A stretch of 63,675 bases of DNA, the filler included, from Octopus bimaculoides (lineage: Eukaryota): assembly GCF_001194135.2 (NCBI RefSeq). It is 5 parts of 4 records of this genome, joined end to end, with 100 filler letters (N's around TTAATTAATTAA, not from the genome) between each part and the next. Parts side by side here need not be neighbours in the genome. Positions count along the whole stretch, not along the records: positions 1 to 14,662 come from NC_068997.1; positions 14,763 to 27,208 come from NC_068989.1; 3 more parts are not named here. One strand, given 5' to 3'. The number at the start of each line of letters is the position of its first letter. Position 1 is the first letter of the stretch. Shown piece after piece: positions 13,213 to 23,506 of this stretch. The translations under genes were made by a program, and so were the position numbers. A model generated the notes under the pieces. That model did not search any database, was not told the DNA's origin, and worked only from the letters and a program-made list of their open reading frames with translations.

Positions 13213-13361
13213 TTCTATATTTAAGAGATGAGGAATTATGTACATTATTTACATTATTTACATTTGACGGATATTTGTCCTTATCTTGTTTGCTGTCAAC
13301 ACAACGTTTCGGTTGATATACCCTCCAGCCTTCATCAGGTGTCTTGGGGAAATTTCGAACC
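13213..13361 (-). mobile_element. Inverted 3'-terminal copy of a Penelope-type (pLTR-like) non-autonomous element
   Basis: 13250-13361 is an imperfect reverse complement of 13495-13596 and contains the hammerhead motif. Confidence 0.75.
13298..13343 (-). ncRNA. Minimal type-I hammerhead ribozyme (Penelope-type)
   Basis: Minus strand GACAC-CTGATGA-A-GGCTG(GAGGGTATAT)CAACC-GAAA-CG-T-T-GTGTT. Conserved CUGAUGA/GAAA/UH core; stem I GACAC:GTGTT; stem II GGCTG:CAACC (one mismatch); loopless palindromic ACGT stem III. Confidence 0.8.
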
Positions 13362-13596
13362 TCAGTAGTGGTTAAGAGCGCGGGCTACTAACCCCAAGAT
13401 TCCGAGTTCGATTCGAAGCAGTGACCTGAACGACGACGACAATAATAATAATAATAATAATAATATCAAAAAATACCTTAGAAATGAGAACCCAGGTTCG
13501 AAATTTCACCAAGACACATGATGAAAACTGGAGGATATATTGTGTGTTAACAACAAACAAAATTAGGTCAAATATCTGTCAAATGTAAATAATGTA
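13362..13596 (+). mobile_element. tRNA-headed SINE-like element with internal (TAA)n and a pLTR-like 3' half carrying a broken hammerhead
   Basis: A-box-like AGTGGTTAAG, anticodon arm GGG-CTACTAA-CCC and B-box GAGTTCGATTC (13362-13428); then (AAT)n; then GACAC-ATGATGA-AAACTGGAGGATATA-TTGTGTGTT, i.e. core C>A and GAAA deleted. Confidence 0.75.
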
Positions 13597-14662
13597 AGTA
13601 ATATATATCAGTATCTAGCATAATAATGTCTAATGAAAAATAATCTGAGTGCAAATGAACTCGGATTCTCTGATCAATGATATCGCAGAGCTGTTTGGAG
13701 AAGCACAGTTTCAATCTATAGTAGGATGATTATATCTTTCCATTCCAGATATAATGGTATAGGAATGTGGAGTTTACCTCTCTCTAGACTTCAAGGATTC
13801 ATGTAATCGGTTTTAACACTCTATGACGTGGTTAATAAATCTTTGGCTGTGTGTACCATATCGGGCTGAATAATGATTCCTTGCTAGAATTTGGTAGATG
13901 CTGTAATACTAGAGTGAGTGTAATTATAAACACACACATACACAATGTAAGTCGGCTTACTTCTGAATATTCTAGAGTTTACATGCATTCACCATGTTGG
14001 TTTGGGTAGGCTGATGAAACCTAACTCAACCAACTAAAGACAACTATTGCCACTGATAAGATATTTTAGAAGTATATAGATTTCAACATTTAAATTTAAA
14101 ATGGTTTTGAAAGTTTTATAGTTGAAAGCTTTTTCGTATGTGACTGTCTTTCCAGTATTATTCATTAGATGTTTTCTACCTAGTCTGAGAACTAATCCAA
14201 AAAACAGCATTATCTACCTTCATACATCAATACTCTCCAACACACATTTTAGCAACTTTTTTTTTCAAACTATTGCATAACATTTTTATATCCCAGTCAA
14301 CGATGCTCTGTCTTAAAGTAATATAGTAATAATTAACTGCTTGGTTTCCGACAGAAATATTACGACCTTTGGCATGCCTTAGCAAATTGAAATTAGCTAT
14401 GAAAAAAAAAAACAAAAAAAAAAACAACTATATTTCATAGCATGTTCACCTACTTTTATAATATATTTAGCAAACTGCAACCTCAGACTAATGAGTCATC
14501 ATTCGGTCAAATACTACTACTACTACTAATAATAATATTCACTTTTCCAACGGTTTAATTAGTTTTGCATATATCATATAATAATAAAACATGTACGTAT
14601 TTTGTTTTATGCGCTTTAAAGTTTGGTTTTAATCATAACGACTATTTCCAGTAGCTACTAAG

Positions 14663-14762
14663 NNNNNNNNNNNNNNNNNNNNNNNNNNNNNNNNNNNNNN
14701 NNNNNNTTAATTAATTAANNNNNNNNNNNNNNNNNNNNNNNNNNNNNNNNNNNNNNNNNNNN
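14663..14762. other. Artificial 100-bp gap: 44 N + TTAATTAATTAA + 44 N
   Basis: Exact counts; the linker gives TAA in all six frames. Confidence 0.95.
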
Positions 14763-15289
14763 ATATATACATATATATATATATATGTATGTATGTATGT
14801 ATTATGTATTATGTTTGTGCGCATATATATATCTGTATATATAGAAAAATATATGTGTATGTATGTATGTATCGTGTATATACTCGTCCTTATATATTAA
14901 ATTATAACCAAATATATATCTATTACCGGAACACAGGTGTGTATTGAGATTAATTAATCTCCGAGAGGGGACTAATTAGGACTTCGTCTGCCAAAGAATC
15001 GAGGTTAAAAGCACAATCTAACAGAAGTTTCAACGCGCTTCATCTGCCGAAGGTCTCAATTAGTTTCCTCTGGCGTTAATTAGTTTCCAGACATACTCGC
15101 GTGTAGATTGGTAATTAGTACATATTTTGGCTTTCATATTTATACGCCCATTGAATTATTGTTCTCATTTAGTGAATTTACATAAATTATATTACACACA
15201 CATAATGTCATACCCCTGCTCACACATTTATAGATGAACATATACACACATACACTAATGGGTTCTTTTGGTGATGTTCTTCTTCAGCG

Positions 15290-15352
15290 TCAAATCAGAC
15301 TTTATTGAGATCAGCCATGTGCAAAGATGTCCTATCCGTGACCATCACTATG
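15290..15352 (-). mobile_element. SINE family F tail, degenerate
   Basis: Similar to the F tails at 23357-23425 and 30520-30600. Confidence 0.35.
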
Positions 15353-16150
15353 TTCTCAGAGTTATGAAGATTTAATACTTAGCCATTTAATTATGAAAGT
15401 CTTTTGAGAGTGAGAACTGAACGCGACTCTTGAGTAAGAATCTCTAAAACTCACTTGTATCCATATGTAGTAACATATATTATTGACACGTGAATTGCGG
15501 TTTTATTGTAAACGGTTTCATGTGGTTGATTCAGAGAATATTTGTCTCGCCCGAGAGTCCTTCATATGTGCAACCGAAGTATGGAGAGGTACGGGAACCT
15601 AAACAAAAAATCACATTGCTGCGCATGAATTTCCTGCCTTGTGTTGTACACCTAACTTTAAGTGCCATGCTGCTCACTTGTGGACCTGAATTCCTGTATT
15701 TAATTTTCTTTTTAATATCAACCAGAGTTGATAGCTTAATTTCGATTCACACATATTTCAGTATCAGCAGGAGTTTCTACAGCTGACTGTCGACACCAAC
15801 TCCCTTAGCGAGCATTTGTCATCGATGATACAGAACCTCGACGCTTTTATATTTTATTTATACTGATTAATAGAAATTAATCTACTGAAGAAATAACAGG
15901 GTTGTCATATTGTATAATACATATGATATGATATGGACAAAATTATGAAATGTAATTTAATATCAAATTTGCAATAAATACTAAACCAAACTGTGTTTGT
16001 TTAGGTTAGTAAACGACTACACATAAATAGGAATTGGGACACAGCTTAACAATGAGCAAGCTACACGTGACAAAGCAGGGCCTAATTAGCAACACTTCGA
16101 GAGCTGGAATAATTGTGTGGTTCTTATGAACTTATATTTTCTTGGCTAGC

Positions 16151-16361
16151 ATGGCGAGTTGGCAGAATTGTTAGCACGCCGGGCGAAATGCTTAGCAGCA
16201 TATCGTCTGTCTTTACGTTCTGAGTTCAAATTCAGCCGAAGTCTACTTTGCCTCTTATCTTTATCATGGTCGATAAAATAAGTATTTGTTGCAGTCTGAT
16301 GTCGATTTAATCGATCTAGCCCTTTCACCAAAAACTGTTGGCTTTGTACCAAAATCTGAAG
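16151..16361 (+). mobile_element. tRNA-derived SINE family A
   Basis: GGCGAGTTGGCAGAATTGTTAGCACGCCGGGCGAAATGCTTAGC...GAGTTCAAATTC...GGTCGATAAAATAAGTA; multicopy within the window. Confidence 0.9.
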
Positions 16362-16739
16362 CCTATATAGGATCAGAAAAATAGTATTTCCTACTCAGTG
16401 AAACTAGAAAATGCGAGCATGCAAAGGATTGGAAATCACTTTCTCTATTTGTTGATGCGTCTACTTTTGTAAGTATTAGAGTAAGTGGACACTCACATCA
16501 TATTATCATACTTATTTCTTTGCTTCGTTCCTAACAGTAACTATTACTGACTGACTGTCAAAGGAAACCTTAAATATTCTCAGGAATTTCAAATTAATCG
16601 TATACAGAAATGAATTCTCGTGCTCAGGAGTAACATTTTATCATTGTTGACAAATAAGGCGAGACAAAAAAAAAACAAATGTTTTTTTTTATATTTTTCT
16701 TGTTTTCTGCCTTTTTTTGTTGATATTATGACACTTTAT

Positions 16740-16908
16740 AAGGCGGCGACTTGGTACAGTCGTTAACCCCGCCCAAGCAAAATGTTTAGCGGCATTTTAT
16801 TTGTCTTTACATTGTGAGTTCAAATTCAGCCCAGTTGAAAACTGGGGTCGATGTAATCAACCTACACCTCCCCTAAAATTACTGGCCTTGTGCTAAAATT
16901 TGAAACCC
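16740..16908 (+). mobile_element. SINE family A, internally deleted
   Basis: Head and B-box join directly to the GGGGTCGATGTAATC tail. Confidence 0.8.
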
Positions 16909-18478
16909 GTATTATGTCAGTTTATAAGGATGACGTAATCTACTGATACCTGCCTTGGTCTATTAATTAAAGATATGACAAACAGGGAAAGAGTCACAAT
17001 ACCATATGGCAAATGTAATTTTCATAAGTACAAAAAACTGGGTTTAGAGAAATAACTTAAATACGCCATGAACTTACAAAAATTGAATTCAAAGAGATTG
17101 TAATGTACTGAATAAGTACGGAAACAGTGTGTTATATATTAAGATATGCGTTTCAGTTAAAAATAAATCAAGCAGAAGTTGTCGTTGGCCGTCAAAGAAG
17201 AGAAGAGATCTTTTTCAAAGAATTAGTAATAAATCTTATACAAAACCGATGTTTTTATGAGCAGAGGAAACATTTGATCATTTTTAGAAAACAACTTGTC
17301 GCTATAGACTTTTTTCAGTCTAATTACATTTAACTGTACTCAGGTTCAATATAATTTCTAAAAAAGATTACTAGTTTCATTTGGCAATTAATAATTACAT
17401 CAGGTAAGGTGTGGGGACAAGCGCACCAACGCAGTGCGTTGTTGCATTCACCATTTGTCGGTCTACTCCCAAGTCCTGCTGGGCGACAGTACCCATCTCA
17501 TCGAAATACCTAGTCATTTGCCAAGACGATGTGACATGTGGTCGTCCAACATGAACTGTCAATCCATCGGATCTTAAAAGAAGAGAACATGATAAGCGGG
17601 GTTTAAGTGTTTGACCATAATTACATCACATTACTTAAATTAATGTTTACATATCTAAAAATGTTTTTGATAACTTTGCCTTTTAGTGTCCATTTGTGTT
17701 AAGGACTTGTGTGAAACAGCCGTTTCTCTCTAGCCTGACTTTGGTAAAGAAGTGTTCTATTCCTCTACATATGCAGTGTACGGAGTATATAAGGTCACAA
17801 GCTCTGATATTTCAGCGTCAATGTCATATGTAGATACACGAAATTGGTCGTTCATCTGTTTCTTAACCCAGAAGTAATTGTCATGAAATAATAACGAATA
17901 TGTTATTATCAATATCATAGAAATATCACGAAGTTTTGAAGATACACATTCTGGGGAATTAGGGATTTAACAGGAAAAGATATCTAAAAACAGATGGGTA
18001 GAATTTCCCATCACAAAGATGGTAAATTTACAGTTGGAATTTGCTTTTCGATAGACCTCTTCTTTAATTAGACGGCATAGTATTTGCTACTCGTCATATT
18101 TTAATGTTTACAGAAGCAAATATATATTTGCTGACGATAGACAGTACACATTTTCATTTGATTGATAAGCTACATTTCAAGACCGCAATGAAATTAACAT
18201 TACCAATCTCTATCGTTAGAAATAGTTTATATTGACTCAAGCGTTTTAAACGATATCCTATACTCAAAAGCCTGGCTAAAACGTTTACATTTCCGCTTAC
18301 TATATTTTATATTTTTCGGTATTTGGAGAATATTTTTCTTGTGTGCATTAATTCTCTCATTTAATAATCATTTACTGTGAATATATCTGTTGAGCTCATT
18401 CCAATCTTCGTCTTCCCTGCTTTCATAAACATACGTATATATTTGCGCATGTGCAGTGTGTAAGCGTACATTGCCTGT

Positions 18479-18529
<51 letters not shown>

Positions 18530-18663
18530 TGTGTGTGTTTGTTGTGTGTGTGTATGTGTGTGTGTGGTGATACAGGGATTTGAGATAACGATAGCAATCA
18601 TCAGAAAAGTTTGGTGGGTGAGTCTGGAAGTCGAAACTTGTGTGGAAGCTCTTCGTAAATATA

Positions 18664-19540
18664 TACAGGATGCGAATGGTAAATTGTCGCCATTTTATAT
18701 ATTTAATTTCGCGCATGCACATTGTTTGATTTTGAGTTTGTCGACTACACGGTATAGTAGGCTAAGTTGGGCGCTGTCTGTGAGAAAAACAGCACCAAAA
18801 CGCAATTCACTCTGCCAAATATTTGGAAACGACATACTGCTCTGCTTGGCTTTCATGCCGGATGCCCCAAAACGAACATTTCAGAGTGTTTGGGTGTCAA
18901 TCTGACGACTGCAATCTGAGGACATGTACCAAGAGTGATAAAACCATGATCACTCCAAAGACCATGATGTTAACTGGTTGTCATGGTGTTTGGAGTGATC
19001 ACAAGTGATGGAGACGTTATGCTTCCAATCATCTTCCCACACGGCTTCAGACTCAACACGTAGACCTACATCAAGTGTTTGGAGGAGGTAGTTCTGCCTT
19101 GGGTCAAGAGGGTGGTTGCTGTAAAACCTTATGTCTGGCAACAGGACACTGCACCATGGTACACAAGCAAGAGAACCCAGTCATGGCTGTCAGACAATTT
19201 CTGCAACAACATCACCCCTAACATCAGGCCACCTAACTCCCCAGACTGCAACCCCGCTTTATTAATATGTGTGGGGCACAGTTGAGTGAAAGACCAAAAA
19301 AATTCTCTGTAAAACCAAAGATGAACTGAAGGCAAGGATCATGGCAGCATTCACCAACTTAAACAGGGAGACCTTGTTGAAGAATTTCAGGAGATTCCGA
19401 AGTAGTCCGGAGGCTGTGGTTGAATCCAATCGCGATTTTATTGAATAAATTTACTCTTTAGTATTTCAAGATATGTTTATGTAATTTTGGTAAATATATC
19501 TGTTAAAATGAGAAGTCAGTGTTATTTTCATTTTCGCATA
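18664..19540 (+). mobile_element. Tc1/mariner maT (DD37D-like) transposon, internally deleted and decayed
   Basis: TA+CAGGATGCG..GGTAAATTGTCGCC terminus. Peptide MVFGVITSDGDVMLPIIFPHG..LEEVVLPWVKRV..YVWQQDTAP...PPNSPDCNP..YVWG..KTKDELKARIMAAF. Spacing from QQD to the expected NPLD is 37 residues; the third D itself is frameshifted in this copy. Confidence 0.88.
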
Positions 19541-19545
19541 ATTTG

Positions 19546-19765
19546 GAAGGTGGCGAGCTGGCAGAAACGTTAGCACGCCGGGCGAAATGCTTAGCGGTAT
19601 TTCGTCTGTCTTTATGTTCTAAGTTCAAATTCCGCCGAGGTCGACTTTGCCTTTTATCCTTTCGGGGTCTAAAAATTAAGTACCAGTTGCGCACTGGGGT
19701 CGATCTAATCGACTGGCTCCCCCTCCCCCAAAATTTCAGGCCTTGTGTCTAGAGTAGAAAAGAAT
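19546..19765 (+). mobile_element. SINE family A, full length (tail type 1)
   Basis: Near-consensus head, CCTTTCGGGGTC..AAATTAAGTACC body and AAATTTCAGGCCTTGTG..AGTAGAAAAGAAT tail. Confidence 0.93.
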
Positions 19766-19769
19766 ATTC

Positions 19770-19860
19770 ACGCGATGAGGTTCGTGTTTTCTTTGAAATC
19801 TTGATGTGAGTTATAAGTTGTTAAACTGTGTGTACCATTTTTGGGGGGACCCTCTGCATA
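19770..19860 (-). mobile_element. Terminal fragment of another Tc1/mariner-like element
   Basis: Minus strand TATATG-CAGAGGGTCCCCCCAAAAATGGTACACACAGTTT resembles CAGGGTGTCCC-type TIRs; no partner TIR found. Confidence 0.35.
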
Positions 19861-20705
19861 TATATTCATCAAATGAATAAGTATGAGAGAGACTTACACC
19901 TCAAGGTAACAAGAGTTTCCTAAAGAATATAGCAAAAGTATGGCGACGGAGAATGTTTTCCGTGTTTGTTTGTTTTCAATTAGAATTTTCTAAATGTGTT
20001 GAAGCTATATGAATGAGGAATTGCTTAATTCGAAGGAAGCTGTAGATGAGCGCATAGCTTTCACTTCCTAACTCCCTGCTTATATACAATAAAGTTATAC
20101 ATCTTATGCAATTGGAAAGTAAACTTTGCTATCGGCAAAAGATATTTGTGCTAATTCAACAAAATTAAAATTCACTTCATTTTCCTCATTAAATTATTAA
20201 AAATTTAGTAGAAAATTATAATTTTCGACTAAGTGCCTTATTTTACATTGTCAAACTAGGCAAGATATATTGTAATCTATTATGTTTNNNNNNNNNNNNN
20301 NNNNNNNNNNNNNNNNNNNNNNNNNNNNNNNNNNNNNNNNNNNNNNNNNNNNNNNNNNNNNNNNNNNNNNNNNNNNNNNNNNNNNNNNNNNNNNNNNNNN
20401 NNNNNNNNNNNNNNNNNNNNNNNNNNNNNNNNNNNNNNNNNNNNNNNNNNNNNNNNNNNNNNNNNNNNNNNNNNNNNNNNNNNNNNNNNNNNNNNNNNNN
20501 NNNNNNNNNNNNNNNNNNNNNNNNNNNNNNNNNNNNNNNNNNNNNNNNNNNNNNNNNNNNNNNNNNNNNNNNNNNNNNNNNNNNNNNNNNNNNNNNNNNN
20601 NNNNNNNNNNNNNNNNNNNNNNNNNNNNNNNNNNNNNNNNNNNNNNNNNNNNNNNNNNNNNNNNNNNNNNNNNNNNNNNNNNNNNNNNNNNNNNATATAT
20701 ATATA

Positions 20706-20751
<46 letters not shown>

Positions 20752-21024
20752 GGGAGAGAGAGAGAGAGAAGTCTTGATGAAGAACGATGTGATTAGCTGT
20801 ATAATAAATCTTGGATGTGCAAATCTCGGTTCTCCTGGTCTTTATTAATTTCATTATATATCTGTATTAACACATATCTCACCCACACTTTTAAAGGTTA
20901 CTAGTTATCAGGGAATCATTATTTTTTGTTCTTGAGCCATCGGACTCACAAGGTCGGTCACCCGCTGCACGGGAAGCCTGTCTCTTACAGAGTTTAAAGC
21001 CAGCAGTTTCGAGGAGAAAGGCCA

Positions 21025-21198
21025 AATCGATTATATCGAACTCAGCACTTGAATTGTAGCTTTATTTTATCGACCCCGAAGCGATGAGACGTAAAGTGGA
21101 ATTTGCTGGGATCTCAACTCAGAACATAAAAGACGGAAGAAACGGCCGCTTAGCATTTTGTCCGAAATACTAAAGATTCTGCCAGCTCAGCGTCTTGA
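21025..21198 (-). mobile_element. SINE family A, diverged
   Basis: TTTATCGACCCCGAAG...AACTCAGAAC...CTTAGCATTT...GATTCTGCCAGCTC is the reverse complement of family A. Confidence 0.85.
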
Positions 21199-21889
21199 TT
21201 TATTGCTTACAAACATACTTTATTCTTGTTGTTGTTACTGTAGCTTAATCTCTGATCATCTCTATAAAACCTATCCTTAAAACATTTTCAGTCTTGCCGA
21301 TTCTGTTTCTTTTTTAGGACCCTGCAATATGTCGTTGGTTCCTTTAATTTCCTTGGCAAGCAGAATCCTCTTGAGATTGGCATTTGGTGGAGGGGTGTAG
21401 TGATACCCGATCCCTACCAGGCATATAACGGTGTCATCTTCACTAATCTTACTGACCAAACATCTTTCCACATTTAATTGACTCAATGGACATCTCTTAA
21501 TAGACTGTAATTGGACATTAAGCGATAAATGAATTATAGCTTAATTGATAAAGAATGTTCAGGAGATAATTCTCAATAAGCTCGTTATTGCTTCAAGCAA
21601 ATCGTTAATGGACTTGAAGTGGCTTTGATAATGATGGTGTTTTATAATGATGCTGACATAATTCTATACATTTTGAATAGTTTTAATACAGGTAACAGAA
21701 GATAGACGAAACTAGGTGCCATAAGTTATCAAACCTGGTATTTTACCACCCAGATCTATCGATCACCTACAGCAAAAATAGAGACACTAATTTTATATTT
21801 ATTACGGCAAATGGCCATTAAGCGTTTGGTTTCACTATATATACTAAAGATTACACTAACTCATTTGCACATAGCCATTCAATTTTTGA

Positions 21890-22085
21890 TTCGGTAGCGA
21901 GTCGGACAAAATGCTTAGCACCATTTCTCCGCTTTTTAAAATTTCTAAGCTCAAACCTCGCCGAAGCCAACACAGTCTTTCATCCCTTCGGATCTATAAA
22001 GCAGAATACCAATTAAGAACAGGGGTCGATGTAACAGATTTGTCCCTCCCCTCAAAATTTATGGCCTTCAGCTAAAATTAGGAAA
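21890..22085 (+). mobile_element. SINE family A, diverged
   Basis: CGGACAAAATGCTTAGC...CATCCCTTCGG...GGGGTCGATGTAAC...CAAAATTTATGGCCTT. Confidence 0.75.
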
Positions 22086-22259
22086 AAAAAAAAAATTATT
22101 ATTTTGCTTTGTCTTAGGTTCGGCGTTATTCCTGGTAGCGATTATATGGGTAGGGGGTTACTAACTAACTGTACCCTTAGGTATACACAAGTTTTCAGCA
22201 ATCTTTCAAGTTCTTAGGACATCTGATAATCTTTGATGTTCCTAAAAGACAAATTTTCT

Positions 22260-22286
22260 CTAATAATAATAATAATAATAATGATG

Positions 22287-22377
<91 letters not shown>

Positions 22378-22391
22378 TAATAATAATAATA

Positions 22392-22432
<41 letters not shown>

Positions 22433-22439
22433 CATCATC
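22260..22439. repeat. (TAA)n joined to its reverse complement (ATT)n
   Basis: (TAA)n at 22260-22392, (ATT)n at 22393-22431, then ATCATCATC. Confidence 0.95.
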
Positions 22440-22822
22440 TTTCAATTCTGTTTCCGTTTCTTGCCGAGTGTCTTCCTGACACCTAGGGCAGAGAAACGCA
22501 CTGTATACATTGGTAGGCCACAAAAATATACACACCAGATTGTTCATTCACATCAGAGAAAAAGACGGAAAGAAAACAGAAAAAAAGGAAGAAGTAAACA
22601 AGGGGAAAAGGGAGAGAAAATTCACAGCGACAATGCTCTTCTCAATAAGTGTAACGAACCAGTTAAGACAACCTTTTGCACTTCCTGTATGGGTGGTAAG
22701 CCAGGGAACACTCTCAAATAATTTGCGGTTCCTTTTTTGATCATTCCAAGTGCTCCTACCGTCACTGCTATCGTAACCGTCTTCAGATGCCACATCTTTT
22801 CGATTTCGATGAGCAACGAAAA
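22440..22822 (-). mobile_element. Dong/R4-like retrotransposon 3' end (RLE C-terminus + 3' UTR) with (GAT)(AAT)n tail
   Basis: LIEIEKMWHLKTVTIAVTVGALGMIKKGTANYLRVFPGLPPIQEVQKVVLTGSLHLLRRALSL* matches the R4-clade EI..MW...T...PV.IGALG...Q..L.GT..ILR terminus. Confidence 0.88.
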
Positions 22823-22887
22823 CTATTTGAAGTCAAATTAATGTGTCTATATACATAATTTATATTTCGTTTTTCTTCTTTTTACAG

Positions 22888-22995
22888 GTCTTTACTGCAA
22901 CGGAACATTCGATTCGATCTTATGTTGGCCAGCTACAAAAGCAGGAGAAGTTGTTCGACAAAAATGCCCACGTTTAAGAGGACTTGACCCTAATC
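22888..22995 (+). CDS. PDFR: Internal coding exon of a class B1 (secretin-family) GPCR ectodomain, PDF-receptor-like
   Basis: Acceptor TTTTTCTTCTTTTTACAG|G, donor AATC|GTAATG; 108 nt = 2+105+1 (phase 1/1). Encodes (G)LYCNGTFDSILCWPATKAGEVVRQKCPRLRGLDPN, i.e. the C-x3-(F/W)D-x3-CWP-x3-AG-x5-CP hormone-binding motif. The CPxxxGLDP ending recalls PDF receptors. Family call is firm; the orthology and symbol are less certain (about 0.6). Confidence 0.9.
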
Positions 22996-23356
22996 GTAAT
23001 GTTCTTTTTTTTTTTTTCAGTATATATTCTTTTGTATTCTATGTTGCGATCTTAATGTTGCAGTTGATGCGTGTTTTTGCTGTTATACATGATGGTCACG
23101 TGATGTTATTGACGAGTATTTATGGTGTGAATGTGGTGGTGGTGGTGGTCACGGTGGTTGTATATCACCTTTGAGAATTTAGGCGTTAGATTTAATACAT
23201 TGCTCGCTGTGATAACTAGACTCGATCCTTGCGTAGCTGTCCTAGGGTTAAATAACCGGAACACGTCTTCCTTGCTTCTTCCGGCAAAAGATATTATGAC
23301 CGCTGCCCCTCCTTACCTGACTAACGAATAAAGAATAAACAACACATATGAAGTGA

Positions 23357-23425
23357 CTGTTGTTGTTGTTGTTTAGCTCCAGGTTAGTCCTGATGTAGCA
23401 CACTTATGATCAAAGCTATTCGAAC
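23357..23425 (-). mobile_element. SINE family F 3' tail with (CAA)n
   Basis: (TTG)n-TTTAGCTCCAGGTTAGTCCTGAT..TATGATCAAAG is the reverse complement of the tail at 30560-30600. Confidence 0.6.
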
Positions 23426-23461
23426 TGCGAGTTTCTTTATTTTGTCTCTCTTTCTCTCTCT

Positions 23462-23506
<45 letters not shown>

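Noticed and set aside
13362-13428. tRNA-like sequences here and at SINE heads
   Set aside because: Incomplete acceptor stems and attachment to SINE bodies indicate tRNA-derived heads, not tRNA genes.
21277-21486. Possible further RLE C-terminal relic (GTNDIL/RVLKK with frameshift)
   Set aside because: Similarity depends on assumed frameshifts and is too weak to call.
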